A stretch of DNA of 64,000 bases from Eledone cirrhosa (lineage: Eukaryota). The position numbers and the translations under genes were made by a program. Below, in pieces: positions 12,915-27,348 of this stretch. Numbering within the stretch: the first letter of the stretch is position 1; every line of letters begins with the position of its first letter. The notes beneath the pieces are model-generated. The model worked only from the letters and a program-made list of their open reading frames with translations, was not told the origin of the DNA and ran no database searches. The DNA lies in NCBI GenBank assembly GCA_964016885.1, contig OZ024743.1, forward strand, positions 124,868,001 to 124,932,000, given 5' to 3'.

Positions 12915-13220
12915 TCTCGCTAACTACCCCATATAACCACTCACCACCATTATTATGTGGACCAATCATAAGTCAGCGGCCTATGCTATCACTTCTTAAG
13001 TTTAGACCTGGTTGCCTTTCGATATGATGGATGGATTACGGAATTCTGGAGAGTTTTAAAAGAAAAAATCTGGACACTCAGTGACAATGCCAAAGATAAA
13101 GACAAATTCACCTCATGCTGCCGGACGAGAATGCAAGGACTCCTCCTCTTTATTTCGGCCGCAGATGGCTAACATAACCCCATCTCCCTCACCCCACCCC
13201 CACCCCTGTGCCCCACCCCT

Positions 13221-14237
13221 GTGCCCCACCGTTCCCACACTCCAAACGCAATCCAAAACTTCAGAGTTGGTACCATGAATGTAGGCACCTTAAAAGGTCG
13301 CTCTAACGAGGTTGTAGAAATGCTTGAACGTAAGGAGGTCGATGTTTGCTGTATTCAAGAGACCAGGTGGAGGGGTGGGTCTGCTAGATTCATTGTGGGT
13401 AAAGAACGATGTTATAAGCTTTTCTGGGTGGGAAATGACAATGGGCTGGGTGGAGTAGGAATCATGGTAGCAGAAAAGTGGGCAGATAAGATAATAGACG
13501 TAAATAGCGTGAACGACAGAATAATTAAAATAAGACTTGTCCTCAATAGAACTACTGTGACAATAATATATGCATATGCACCACAATCCGGACTGCCTGG
13601 TGTTATAAAAGAAAGATTCTATGAGACGTTAATGCTCACTACCTCCCAAATAACTGACAGTGACTACATAGTTATCGCTGGCGACCTAAATGGTCACGTT
13701 GGGCAACATTGTGACGGCTATGACAGAATCCATGGAGGCTATGGGTTTGGTACTAGAAATGAGGAAGGCTCCAGAATCCTGGAATTCTGTGACGCAAATA
13801 ACCTAACTATCTGTAACACTAACTTCAAAAAACGAGACAATCACTTGATCACCTATAGATCAGGGGAACACACCAACCAGGTAGATTATATCCTTACCAG
13901 AAGACGTGATAGGGTGTCTGTTGTAAACACTAAATCCCTCCCCCATGAAGAATGCACCTCTCAACATAGACTCATAATTAGCGACCTCATAGTCAGGACG
14001 AGACGTACTCGACAACAGAAGAGGACTATCCTCAGGAGAAAAATATGGAAGCTAAAGGACCCCACAGCCAGTAATAAATTTAAAAGCATATTACTTGATG
14101 CTTTTGATAGTAAGGAAGAGCAATTAGAGTCATACAATATAGAGGAACAGTGGGAATACCTGAAAGCTAAACTGCTGAAGGCGACAGATGAAATCTGTGG
14201 CTGGAACAGACCTATAGGCAGGAGGAGAGTAACTTAG
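13221..14237 (+). CDS. APE-type endonuclease domain of the RTE LINE (open up to a premature stop)
   Basis: GTMNVGTL, CCIQETRW, YAPQ, GDLNGHVG, QVDYIL, SQHRL motifs. Confidence 0.85.
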   Translation: MPHRSHTPNAIQNFRVGTMNVGTLKGRSNEVVEMLERKEVDVCCIQETRWRGGSARFIVGKERCYKLFWVGNDNGLGGVGIMVAEKWADKIIDVNSVNDRIIKIRLVLNRTTVTIIYAYAPQSGLPGVIKERFYETLMLTTSQITDSDYIVIAGDLNGHVGQHCDGYDRIHGGYGFGTRNEEGSRILEFCDANNLTICNTNFKKRDNHLITYRSGEHTNQVDYILTRRRDRVSVVNTKSLPHEECTSQHRLIISDLIVRTRRTRQQKRTILRRKIWKLKDPTASNKFKSILLDAFDSKEEQLESYNIEEQWEYLKAKLLKATDEICGWNRPIGRRRVT

Positions 14238-14662
14238 TGGTGGAACAGTAAGGTGGAGGAGTCAATCAAGGCCAAAAAGCAGGCTTGGAAAGCATGGCAG
14301 GATGGAGGAAATAGAGAAGACTATCAAGTGGCCAGGAGGGAAGCCAGGAGACAAGTGTACTTCGCAAGAAGGGAAGCAGAGGAAAGAAAGTTCAAGCATG
14401 TTCTACAACGCGAGGACCAAAAACGTGAGGTGTTCAGGATTGCTAGGCAATGTGTCAAGGAAAACCGTGATATTGTCGGGGAGAAGTGTGTCCTTAATGA
14501 TGATGGTGTACTTGCCATCACTGACGCTGAAAGAAGGTAGCTTGGAAGTGTCACTACGAAAGGCTACTAAATGAGGAGAATAACTGGGAGAAAGACAGTC
14601 TCCCCCACATCGATCCAATAGAGGGACCAGCAGTTCAAGTTGAAGGTAGTATAATAAGTAAG

Positions 14663-15800
14663 GTGATCAAAGATATGAGGACAGGCAAGGCGGCTGGGCC
14701 TTCGGGAATAGTTGCTGAAATGCTGAAAGCATCTGGAACGGTGGGACACACGATGGCCAACCGGATAGTAAACCAAGTCATACAGAATGGGGTCGTTCCG
14801 AAGGACTGGCGTAGCAGCATCATCCTTAACTGCTACAAGGGTAAAGGAGATGCCCTAGATAGGGGAAACTATAGAGGCATTAAATTAATTGACCAGGTCA
14901 TGAAGGTCACAGAAAAAGTAATAGCGCAACTAATCAGAGAGCGAATTGATCTAGATGAAATGCAGTTCGGGTTTGTGTCAGGTAAAAGTACAACAGACGC
15001 TCTTTTCATTGTACGACAACTACAGGAAAAGTACCTAGCTAAAAGTAAAACCCTATACTTAGCTTTTGTTGACTTGGAGAAAGCCTTTGACAGAGTACCC
15101 TGCTCCATTATCTGGTGGGCTCTTAGAAAACTAGGTGTTGATGAGAGCTATACAAGCCATGTATAAAGAAACAGTCAGCAAGGTTAGAATTAACAACGAA
15201 TATAGTGAAGAGTTTAGCGTAAAAGTTGGTGCTCATCAGGGCTCCGTCCTTATCCTCCTACTATTTATTATTGCCCTTCAGGCTATAACAGAGGAGTTCA
15301 AGACCGGCTGCCCATGGGAACTCCTATACGCAGATGATCTAACGCTCATAGCTGAATCAATGGCTGAACTAAAGAAGAAATTCCAAACATAGAAGCATGG
15401 CCTAGAATCAAAAGGCCTTAAAATTAACCTGTCTAAGACTAAAGTTCTAGTTTGTAGGAAGGAAAATAGGGCACTGGTCCCATCTGGGAAGTGGCCATGC
15501 TCAGTGTGTAGGAAAGGAGTAGGCAGAAACTCCATTTTATGTCCCAAATGCAGAGTATGGGTGCATAAAAGATGTAGTGGGATCACAGGTAAGCTAACTA
15601 AGAATATAGATTTTATATGTGGCCGGTGCTCAGGTGCAATAAGTAGCAACAAGTTGCCACAGAATACTAGCTCATTCCATTGCCCAGATGGTTCTATAGA
15701 AATAGTGGACACCTTCCATTACCTGGGTGACAAAATCAGCAGTGGGGGAGGGTGCTCTGAAAGTACAGTAGCTAGAGTCAGAACTGAATGAAAAAAGTTC
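14663..15800 (+). pseudogene. Reverse transcriptase domain of the RTE LINE with embedded C4HC3 PHD finger (15498-15629)
   Basis: [33 protein letters not shown], then CSVC..CPKC..VHKRC..CGRC, then FHYLG. Confidence 0.85.
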
Positions 15801-18800
15801 AGAGAGCTTATACCACTATTGCTCTCCGTTGGATGTGTAATAGTAATATACGTGAACGGCAAAGCATAAATGAACTAAGGGAGAAATTAGGAATAAGAGG
15901 AATCAGATGTTGTTTACTCGAGAGAAGACTACGTTGGTATGGTCACGTGATGCACATGAAAGACGACAGCTGTATAAAAAAGTGCAGGGCGATAAAAATA
16001 GATGGTAGCCACGAAAAACCTGGGACGACTTGATAAATTCCGACCTCACACACTTATACCTCTCCAAGACAATGTCACTGGACCGAGATCTTTGGCGCTA
16101 CACAGTAATACAGCAGACCCGCCTTGCCTAAGTACAAAGTGAAACCTACAGTCAGTAGGCACCTCTTAACAAAAAAAAAAAAAAAAAAAAAAAAAATACA
16201 CACCCGTCCCACTACCCCCACCCCATCCACACCACCCCTTTCGATGTAAAGTTATGTTGGTACCACAACATCCAGTCCGAAATAAATGAGGTCGTGTAGG
16301 TGTCACGACAAAAAAACACACAGTCCACGCTGTAAGGTGGCTGTGTAGGTAACACGGTAAAAACCTCCCAGTCCACACTGTAAACATGGTTGGTGTTAGG
16401 AAGGGCATCCAGCCGTAGAAAACCCGCCAGACAGTCCTATACGAGCAAGACAACCAATCTTGCCTCAAGTGGGAAAATTCCTGTCCAAACCCATGCAAGC
16501 GTGGAAGATGACGTTAAACAATGATGATGATGATGATGATGATGATGGCACATATACAGAGAAAGTTGGGAGTTACCAGCTTATCCATTCGGTGTCAAAA
16601 TGGCAAAAGCTCAGCCATTGGGCATTCACTCATTACAATATATATATATATAGTAAAGAGAAAGTATATAAACAAATAAAAATAGTGAACAAAAGTAAAT
16701 TAAATTTTGAACTGTTTTGGAATATCTACCTAGAGATAAGTTGAAGCAATTTTCTCATTGAGCAGTGCATATGTCCTTCCTTTATATTGGAACATAGGTA
16801 CCAGGTACCTATATTCTAACTGTCATAAATGAATGTGAAGCTATATAATTATGCAAATGTACAACCAGAACAATACTGAAAAGCAACGAACTTCTATTCT
16901 AATGATTAAAATATGTACTCAATTATCACTACCCTAATAATACGAGTCTGGACGGTTTGGAAGAACACATGTAGAACCCTAGAAGCAAGCGACTTCATGG
17001 TCTCGGCAGATAGAATGGAGAAAACATTGCCTTGGAGGAAAGCCAAGGAGATGCATTGAAATAGACATACCAACTCCGCCCTGATAGCAGTGAGGAGGTG
17101 ATATGGGTACTCAGAAAGCCATACACACCTTGATTTAAACCACTGTGTGTAAACGTGTATGTTTGATCATATGTGTATCTATGTATATCAGTGTATATGC
17201 TTAGTATAAAAATTAAATTAAAATGAGTTGAAAAATGGATGAACAGAATAATAGGTAGATAGTTGATGATGATGATGATGATGATAGTAGTGGCAGAGGT
17301 AGTGATGATCATAAAAATAGGAATGAGAAGAATAAAAACAGTGAATGGTTTCTGTAATAAAGTTTATTATGAATTTATTTCTAACAATTCAATTTATTGA
17401 TTTTGTATGTAGACAAACTATTACTAATCAGGTTGAATTCTTGATATTATTTGCTAGCCTGTAGAATTGGGAGAATATTTTTCATTTAATTCTTGATACC
17501 AAATAGTCTGATACAAATGTGTTTCTATTAAAGTGTTTATATTTATCTAAAATATTTCCATCATAATTTTATCTAAGAAGTTTTGTTCAGTTATGTTCCA
17601 AACACTGGCTTAACAAGAAAGTTAGTTGTATTACTAAATCCCTCCATATTCTTGATTATTTTCAAAATTATCTTAAAACCATAGGTAGTGTCTCTCATTA
17701 GAAATATTGTAATGAAAAGGTTATGAGGTGCAGCTAAAAAAAATTGTAGCTTCAATATTTTTTATGGCATCTGTCAAATATCTGAACATCTGACACAAAT
17801 ACTTTTTACTTTATCTTTGTTTTGTTTTAAATTTTCTAACAATGAGACATGTTTAAAAAAAAACATCACATCAAAAAATCTGAATCACATTCACAGTGGG
17901 ACATCTTTTTAACTAACAAGGTCACTGACATTCAAAATAGAGAAATGTAATTGGCCTATATATTTCATTGAACACAATCTGTTATGAGTGGCTCTGGTGC
18001 TTTCGGATTTGGCTATGGATAGGGCACACCTTCACTCTACACAAGTGTACTTTATAGTTTATAGAGACTAGAGAGCAGCAATGAATTATAGATTACAGTA
18101 TATAATGATGTATAAGTCACACTTCCATTTTGCATACAACATGAATTGAGATTTGTAGACCACAATGTTGAAAAACAAGCTTGTTTTTCACAAGGGGGTG
18201 AGGAAATGCAACTTATGCTTATCATAGTTTCTATATTTTTTAAATATAGAAAACAAAAACAGAATAAAATACAAGCAAACTTCATACACTCAGTTGAGCA
18301 ACATACCCTAGCTATATCTTACAGAAAAGATGGCAAAATCATTCCACAAATTTAGCCAACAATATCCACTGCATCAGCCATTCCACATCACAAAGCTCCT
18401 TCCATAGACATGACAACCTCATCCCGATTTAAAAGAGAAGTGAAAAACAGTTCAGAGACCAAGGACACTGGTGGCCTCAAAAAAGACAAATGATAAAAGT
18501 TTAGCAATGCAGAAGAACCAAAAGCTTATATTTTTTCCAATTTGATTTGCACAGAGTGCAAATCCATCAAAAAGTTGTCTTTTATCCCTGCAGTTTCAAT
18601 AAAATTAAGTACCAGTTCAAGGTGGTCGATTGGCAGAATTGTTAAAGCTTCAGATGAGATGCCATGTGGTATTTGTTCCATTATTTTGCAATGAGTTCAA
18701 ATCCTACTGAGGTCAAGTCTGTGGTTTAAAGATATTATTGTTCTTCTTTCCCACCAGTTTTGAAAACCCTGAAAAGAATTATTGGCACTGCTCTTCCCTC

Positions 18801-20599
18801 ACTGACTACACAGTGAAAGGAAATATAGTGAAGGAGAATTCTCAACTTCTAGAACATTGTTTTCCTATTCTAAATTCTAGAAATTTTACAAATTGCTCAA
18901 AAACTTACATTTTATCAAATAATGTATTAAGAGTTATGTTTTGGCCCCTAGTTCAGCACTGATTAAGCAAACCTATGATCAAAGACATTCTGTCTTAAAT
19001 ATAACAGAATACAATAGCAGATGTGAAAAAAAAAAAAATCTCAATAACAAACCATAAATTCATAGTGGATTTATGAATAATAATTAAAGTCAATAAGAAT
19101 AAACAATAGAAGCAGTTTTGCTTTTATGAAATCAGAAAAATATGTTTATGTCATTGCATTGCATAAGCATGGTTGTGCAGCTAAGATGTTTGTTTCACAA
19201 TTACATGGGTTTTGCATTAGATCCAACACTGCAACATCTCAAGTAGTTGTCTTCTACCATTATCTTGGATCGAGTAAAGCTTTGTAAATGAAATTTGAGA
19301 GACATAAATTATGTGGTATCCCGTCAGAGTGACCATTCCTGTTCTATAGTGCCAGAATTAATCTGTGACCTGATTTAACACCACCACTTAGCACTTGTAT
19401 GCCTTTAATCGAGTCCACATGCTTACAAACATTGAGATCAAATCTTTGGTTTGTGGATAATTTACTCCCTTCCTCCCATAAGTCTTGGATGCACTGAAGA
19501 GTATCATGGCTATGTGTTTCCTCGTCTAATTACATCATTAAAAAAACATATTTTGCAGACCATCAAGTCTCCACAGCAAAAATTAAATGCTATATATACT
19601 CATGTTTATGTTATGCCTTTTCATGGAAACACAATGTGAAAAACCAGCATTGGCTCAAAATATATAGTACAGTGTAAAGGTTGTATGTAAAACTTATCTA
19701 CTAGTATGACTTATACATGAATATATAAAGTAAATGAATAAACAAATCACCATATATTAAAGATTGTACATTATTAAGGAATTAGTATATTAATAGAAAC
19801 ATAATATGAATATGCAGAAATATGTTTAGGAAAAAAAAGGCAGGATCACACATACCCATAGCAACACATCTACACGTAACCGCAACCACAAGGTGTTTTA
19901 CAGCAACCAAATGAACCCTGCAAATAAAATAAATATATTGGTAATAAATTGTTAACAAAACATAATTTAAAGGCATGAAAATATAAAACTTAAAACTATA
20001 TACATAATAAAAAAAACATTATGAAATACTTGTATTTTCAAAATAAGATGCATGTGAACAAATTGCAAACATCATACACCCATCATTGGCTCTAGAAAAT
20101 TCATGTCCAAGAAACTCTCATGTATAATACCTGATGTGGGTTAGTTCATTATTGGCATGTTTGATAACATAGAGAGAGGGTGGGGGAGAAAGCAACAGTG
20201 GGAGATAGAGAGGTAGAGAATGCTATACTAGTGTTATAATCATCATCATTTAACATCCACTTTCCAACAAGAGTTGAATGGGTCTACATAGACCAAGTCA
20301 GTACTGAAGCAGCGCTACTGATCTCCCAGACAGGCTGGGAAATTGCAGAAAAGTTGTGTTTTCTGACACAAACTGAAGTGTCCTCCTAACCCCTTGTTAG
20401 GCAAGCTTTCTATGGCTGGATGCCCTTCCTAACACACTTTTATTGTATAGTACACCAGCACTGGGGAGGCTCTCGCATCCTTGACGCAACTAAAGGATCC
20501 CCCCAACACTTTGTTCGGCAAGCTTTTTATGACTGGATGCCCTTCCTGCTGGATTTTTGCAAGTACTACACTTGCGTCCGGCTTACAGAGTGAATGCTT

Positions 20600-21720
20600 C
20601 AAAGCAGCATGCTCCACTCACTTTTTCTCAAAGACATCACATCCATATTTGATGATCATTCTCCATGATGTACGGCCTTCAGCCGTACATCATGGAGAAT
20701 GCTTCCCAGTTCTTCATATCAATCTTCAGAGCTAGAAGATTGTCTTTTATAACATCCCTAAACCACTTCTGGTTTATGCAGAGGCCTTTTTCCTCAGCTC
20801 CCCATAAAATAACTGTTTAGGCAACCTTTCATCTTCCATCCTGACACATGACCAGCCCAACACATTCGGTTCATAATAATCCTCCTTTCAATACAGATGC
20901 TACCTGCTCTCTCAAGTATAACAGAATTAGGTGTGTAAGAGGACCCCTTAATGTTCAGGATGCGTCAGATACAATATTGATAAAACCTTTCCAGCTGCCT
21001 GATGTGATGCCGGTAAGTTGTCCACATTTAGCATTTGTATAGCAGGGCTATAAGAACAGAGGCCTCATACATAGAGAGCTCTGTATTTCTAGTGTTACCC
21101 CGATATGATCAGACTTGCTTCTCAAGCTTTCCATAGGCAAGACATATGTCAGCAGCACGGTGAAGAAGATGGGTGAAGAGTGAGTGCAGGTATGTTGCTC
21201 TATTTGACACCATTTTCCACTAATATTGCCTCTGAAAGTTCCATTGCAGTTCACTTTTGATGTTTTTTTTTTTTAATATTCCAACAAATTCATGAGTTTC
21301 CCCAATATGACCCACAATGCACTAAGATTAATAGTATTGAAAGCTTTAGTAAGGTCCACAAATACTTGGTACAGTGGCACTTGCTGCTCAACACATTTCT
21401 CCATAAGCTAGTAGGCTGAGAAAATCATGTCCATAGAACCCTGTGCAGCTCTGAATCCACACTGGGTCTCAGGGGTGGCACCAAGGCAGATCTATTTTAT
21501 TAGACGATTCAGTAGAACCTTGGATCAGACTTTTCCTACCAATTTGATCAGAATTATACCCCAATAATTACTGCATTCAGACTTGGATCCCTTGCCCCTG
21601 TAAACTGACAGCAAAATTTAATTTGCTAAGTCTTGCAGGACAGGATCACCATGCCATACAGATAAAACTAGCTTATGAATGGCCATAACAACATTTTCTC
21701 CTCCAAAGCGGATCAGCTCA
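20600..21720 (-). mobile_element. Old BovB-like RTE LINE remnant
   Basis: Manual minus translation gives PETQCGFRAAQGSMDMIFS..MEKCVEQQVPLYQVFVDLTKAF, and C-terminal WTTYRHHIRQLERF...CWAGHV. Confidence 0.7.
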
Positions 21721-21859
21721 ATAGGTATGCAATCCAAACCTGGATTTTTCTCTATGTTTATCTCTTTAGTAGGAGACCTTATCAACAGTTTGATCATTCA
21801 TAATCTCTGTCACCGTCTCCTTTTGCAACAGTTCATTGATAATTCCCCTAACTACAGTT

Positions 21860-24342
21860 TAGAGACAACTTCAGTTACTGATGAAAGAAACCTAATCATC
21901 ATGGCAGGTGACTTCAAAGGAAATGTTTGACTGAACCAGGATGGATTCAGTGGAGTTCACAGGGGTTATGGTTATGGCTCAAGAAATGAAGAGGGAGTGA
22001 GGCTTCTGGAATTCTGTGGTCCAAATGAACTAATCATTTGCAACACAAATTTCAGGAATCTGGCTAGCCATCTAATCACATACCAATCAGGCAAGCACAC
22101 AAGCCAAATTGATTTCTTACTTATTTATTATGGACTGTAATAAATACTAAGACCTTCCACGGGAAAGAATGTGCCGCCCAACACAAGTTAGTTATTAGTG
22201 ACATCAAAATAAACACAAGACAGAACAAGAAATGCAGGAAAATATGGAGATGGAGAGTTCGGAAGCTAAATGACCTTTCTATTAAATATAGTTTTAGAAA
22301 GGCCTGATGGGATGCATTTGATGAGAGGGGTGATGAGCTAAATACATATACCATAGAGGACAATTGTGAATTCTTATGTGACAACCTTTTGCAAACTACG
22401 ATGAGACATGTGGAACAGTACAGTGGATAAAGCCATTAAAGCCAAGAGGCGGGTGTAGAAAGATTATAAAAATGGGGTAACGGAAACCAATACCAGGTTG
22501 CTAGGAGAGAAGCTAGATGACAAGTATACACAGTCCAGAGAGAGGCTGAAAAAATAATGTTTGACAATGTCTGGTGATAGGTGACCTAGTGATGGAACAG
22601 CATAATGGATAGAGCTATTAAAGCAAAGAGACAGGCATAGAAAGACTGAAAAAATGAGGGTAGCAGAGACCAGTACCAGGTACCAGTACCAAGAGAGAAG
22701 TTAGAAGACAGGTGTACACAGCTTGGAGAGACGTTGAAAAAAGAAAGTTTGCCAATGTCTTGTGACATGGGGATTAGAGATTGCAAGGCAGTCTGTTAGT
22801 GTTGAATCGGAATGATGTCGGGGAAAAAGTGTGAGAAATGACACTGGTGCACTTAGCCCCACTGATGTTCAAAAGAAAGAGGCCTGAAAATGTTACTATG
22901 AGAGGCTGATGAATAGAGGATGGAGTCGTACCTAATGACAGGCACAGAAGTACAATCATAAAGAGTAAAGATGATGCCCTAGAGAGGGGCAACTATAGAG
23001 GAATAAAACTAAGTTATGAAAGTGATGGAAAGAATTATAGCGCTGCTAATTAGGGAAAGAGTCAAAATAGATGATGATATGCAGTTTGGTTTCATGCCTG
23101 AGAAAAATATTACAGATGCCCTTTTCTTAGTGAGAGAACTACAAGAGAAATTCCTAGCCATGAATAAGCCGTTATATTTAGCTTTTGTTAATCTAGAAAA
23201 GTCCTATGACAGAGTACCTTGATCTATTACCTGGAGGTTGTTAAAGAAATTAGGTGTAGAAGAATGGCTTGTGAGATCAATGCAAGCCATGTATAGAGGA
23301 GTTGTCAGTAAAGTGAGAGTAGGAAGTGGGTTTAGTGAGGAGTTCAAAGTACAGGTAGGAGTCCATCATGGTTCAGTTCTTTGCCTCCTGCTGTTCATCA
23401 TAGTTCTCCAGGCCATAACAGAGGAGTTTAAAACTGGCTGTCCATAGGAACTTCTCCCTGCAGATGATTTGGTCCTTATAGCTGAATCCATAAAAGAGCT
23501 AGAGAATAAGTTCCAACTATGGAAACAGAATTTGGAATCAAAAGATCTGAGAGTAAACTTAGCCAAAATTAATGTGCTAGTAAGTAGGAAAGAAGATAGG
23601 ACACTGATTCCTTCAGGGAAGTGGCCTTGCACAATATGTAGAAAAAGAGTAGGCATAAACTCTATACAATAATGTACACAATGTAAATCTTGGGTACACA
23701 AGAGATATAGTGGCATAACAGGCAGACTAAAAGCCTTTTCCACTCACATGAAGGATCAATAAAAGTGGTTGATAGCTTCTGCTATTTAGGTGACCTAATT
23801 AGCAGTGGAGAAGGGTACTATGAGAGTATAAGGATAGGAAGGAAGACCTTTACAGAGCTACTCTCACTGTTGACAAAAGGCTTCTCCCTATGTACAAAAG
23901 GACGACTGTATGACACCTGTGAGATGCTGCATGGTAGTGAAATGCGGGCAGTCTCTGCAGAGGACGCATAGACTGTAGAGAAATGAAGCAACCATGTTTC
24001 ATTGGATATGCAATGTAAATGTGAGAGAAATGCAGAGATTGGATGAACTGAGGGACAAACTGGGTTTAAAAGGAAACCGAAGTGGTGTGCAAGGGAGATG
24101 ACTGAGTTGCTACAGACGTGATGTGCATGGATGATGATTGCTGGGTGAAGAAGTGCTAGGAAATCCCAGTAGAGGTAGACCAAGGAAGACCTGGTCAGAG
24201 GTGGTGAGAGCTGATCTCACAGAGGAGATGACAAAGGAACGCAACAAATGGAGAGATGCTGTACTGAAGAAGACCAGTCCAACCCATGCAAGTGTCGAAA
24301 AACAAACATAAAAACCATGATGATGATGATGATGATGATAAT
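21860..24342 (+). mobile_element. Degraded RTE LINE (EN remnant, RT, PHD, 3' tail)
   Basis: IMAGDFKG, MQFGFMP, VNLEKSYD, KWPCTICRK; ends in (GAT)n; many stops. Confidence 0.85.
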
Positions 24343-24437
24343 GATATATATATACATATATGTTGATAGCCTGCAGTACATAGACTAGAAAGACCAGAAA
24401 TCAAAGTAGTACTCCATACATTGTATGATACAGAGTG

Positions 24438-24544
24438 TGTATATTAGTGAAGTAGGGGATCGACCACAAGCTCAGGCGGTTTTGGTTGGTAACTAGCCAA
24501 AACTGTCTGAGCTCACGGTCGATCCCCTACTTCACTAATATACA
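24438..24544. repeat. 107-bp fold-back palindrome (MITE-like or hairpin RNA)
   Basis: TGTATATTAGTGAAGTAGGGGATCGACC ... GGTCGATCCCCTACTTCACTAATATACA, perfect outer arms and near-perfect inner arms. Confidence 0.8.
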
Positions 24545-24551
24545 TACATAT

Positions 24552-26794
24552 ATCATCATCATCATCATCACCATTTTACGTCCATTCTTCCACGCTAGCA
24601 TGAGTTAGATGGGTTGTCCTGTTGTGGGCAGTGTCCGGTCAGCTGACCATGCGTTGCTCATACAGGAACTGATTCTGGCTTGATTTCTACAGCTGGATCC
24701 CCTTCCTAACACCAACCTCATTTACAGTGTGTGCTGGGTGCTTTTTTTCCGTGGCGCCTACACGTCCACTTTACAGTGTGGGCTGGGTGCTTTTTTTGCC
24801 GTTGCACCTCCACGACTACTTTACAGTGGGAGGGTGTGGGGGCATATTGTCTATATGCTTCAGCTTCGGCTTGTACCCGTGGAGGGTCGGGTCTTCTATA
24901 TTACTATGTGACGCAGAGGTCACGGTCGTGTGTCATCGCAGTTGAGAGGTGTAATTGGGTAAGGTCGGCTTTTATCACCTCATCCCAGGTCTTCTTGGGT
25001 CTCCCCACTCTGCAGTTTCCATCGACTTCTAGTGCTCTGCACCTTTTTATGCAGCTGTCATCCTTCATATGCATCACATGTCCATACCAACGCAACCGCC
25101 TCTCCTGCACACAGCATTTGATTCCTTTTATGCTCAGTCTCTCTCTCAATTCATTTATGCTTTGCCGTTCACGTATATTACTATTACACATCTATCGGAG
25201 CATGCAGGCTTCGTTTCTTTCTAATCTACGCAAGTCTTCCACAGACAGCGCCCAGGTCTCACTACCATGTAACATTGCTGTTCGTATACAGTCTGCCTTT
25301 CATTTTGAGGGAAAAGACTTTTGCATCTAGCAGTGGCAGTAGCTCCCTGAACTTCTTCCATTCCGTTCTTGCCCTAGTTATTGTACTTTCCGAACACCCA
25401 CCTCCGCTGCTAATTCGGTCACCTAGGGAGAAGAAGCTGTCTACTGTTTCTACAGAGCCCTCCCAGAGTTTGGTGGTACTTGTTTCCTGTGGTTGTTTGC
25501 TGCTTGCTGTCCCAGCACAGCTGCTACATGTGAAGCCTATATTCTTAGTTAAGCTTCCTGAGATCCCGCTACATCTCTTATGTACCCATTATTTGCATTT
25601 GGGGCAGAGAATGGAGTCCCTACCTACACCTTTCCTACATACTGAGCAAGGCCATTTCTTTGAGGGGATCTGGGTTCTGTTTTCTCGTCAACTTACAAGG
25701 ACCTTAGTCTTTGTCAGGTTGACTTTGAGACCCTTTCTTTCTAGTCCCTGCTTCCAAGTTTGTAATTTCTTCTCTAGTTCTACCATAGATTCAGCTATAA
25801 GTGTTAGGTCATCTGCACACAGGAGTTGGTCTTAAACTCCTTCGTTATTGCCTGCAGGACTATGATGAACAGGAGAGGGCTAAGAACAGAGCCCTGGTGG
25901 ACACCGACCTATATGCTAAATTACTCACTATACTCATTGCTAATGCTAACTTTGCTGACTGCTCCCCTATACATGGTTTGTACAGCTTTCAAAAGTCATT
26001 CATCTACTCCTAGTTTTCTAAGAGCCCACCAGATTATAGCACGGGGAACTCTGTCAAAAGCTTTCTCGAGATCGACGAATGCCAGGTAGAGCGGTTTACT
26101 TTTAGCTAGGTACTTTTCCTGTAACTGCCTCACAAAGAAGATGGCATCAGTGGTGCCTCTTCCTGGCACAAACCCAAATTGCATCTCATCTAGTTTCACT
26201 CGGTCCCTAATCAACTGTGCAATAACTCTTTCTGTTACTTTCATGACCTGGTCCATCAGCTTTATACCTCTATAGTTTCCTCTATCTAGTGCATCACCTT
26301 TACCTTTGTAGCAGTTGACAATGATTCTACTACACCAATCTTTTGGTATGACACCTTCTAGTATTACCTGGTTAACAATACGTGTGGTTATGGTGTGACC
26401 TACCGACCCAGATGCCTACAGCATCTCGGCAGCTATACTCGATGGACCGGTTGCCTTCCCAATCTTCATATCTTTGATTGCCTTACTTACTACGCTGCTG
26501 CTGACTTGTACTGCTGGCCCCTCTATAGGGTCTACTCTACTTGGAGTAGGGTCTCTTCTTCTCATGCATTCTCCTCATTTAGTAATCATAATGGCTCTTC
26601 CACGCATCTTTCTTCTCAGCACTTGTGCGGGCAAGCTCACCTTTATCATTCTGGATACACTTCTCTCCAATGACATCACAATTCTCTGACACACTGCCTC
26701 GCAATCTTGAACTCCTGTTTCTGGTCCTCACATTGCAAAACATGCTTGAATTTTCTATCCTCTGCTTCCCTCCTAGCTAAGTATACTTGTCGCC
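24552..26794 (-). mobile_element. 5'-truncated RTE LINE (RT + PHD + 3' UTR)
   Basis: [32 protein letters not shown]; LRWYGHV; (CAT)n tail at 24552; 5' end abuts (TA)n. Confidence 0.9.
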
Positions 26795-27053
26795 TATATA
26801 TATATATATATATGTATGTATGTAGGTATATAGGTATATATATATATATATATATGTGTGTATGTATATATGTATATATATGTGTCTGTGTGTGTGTGTG
26901 TATATATACACACATATATATATATATAATAATTTCATTTATGTATATATGTATATGTATGTGTATATATATATATTTATATGTATATGTATATATATTT
27001 ATATATAAATGGACGTAAAATGGTCATCATGATGATATATATGTATACATATG

Positions 27054-27112
<59 letters not shown>

Positions 27113-27152
27113 GTGTATGTGTGTGTGTATATATATGTATATATTTATATGT

Positions 27153-27186
<34 letters not shown>

Positions 27187-27229
27187 GTATATATTTATAT
27201 GTATACATTTACATGTATATATTTATATG

Positions 27230-27348
27230 TGAAGGCGTGTGGCTGAGTGGTTAGAGAATTGGATTCGCAATCGTGAGGTTGTGAGTTCGATTCTCAGACC
27301 AGGCGATGCGTTATGTCCTTGAGCAAGACACTTTATTTCACGTTGCTC
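27230..27348 (+). mobile_element. 5' half of a CORE-type tRNA SINE
   Basis: TGGCTGAGTGG A-box, GAGTTCGATTC B-box, CCTTGAGCAAGACACTTTATTTCAC. Confidence 0.75.

Larger units (their letters stand above)
13081..16547 (+). mobile_element. Near-full-length RTE-clade LINE (APE endonuclease + RT with PHD insert), inactivated by stops, frameshifts and small deletions
   Basis: Single-ORF layout: APE, RT (QFGF, FVDLEKAFD, QGS, YADD), C-terminal LRWYGHV; ~400-bp 3' UTR ending (GAT)n; 5' boundary approximate. Confidence 0.9.
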
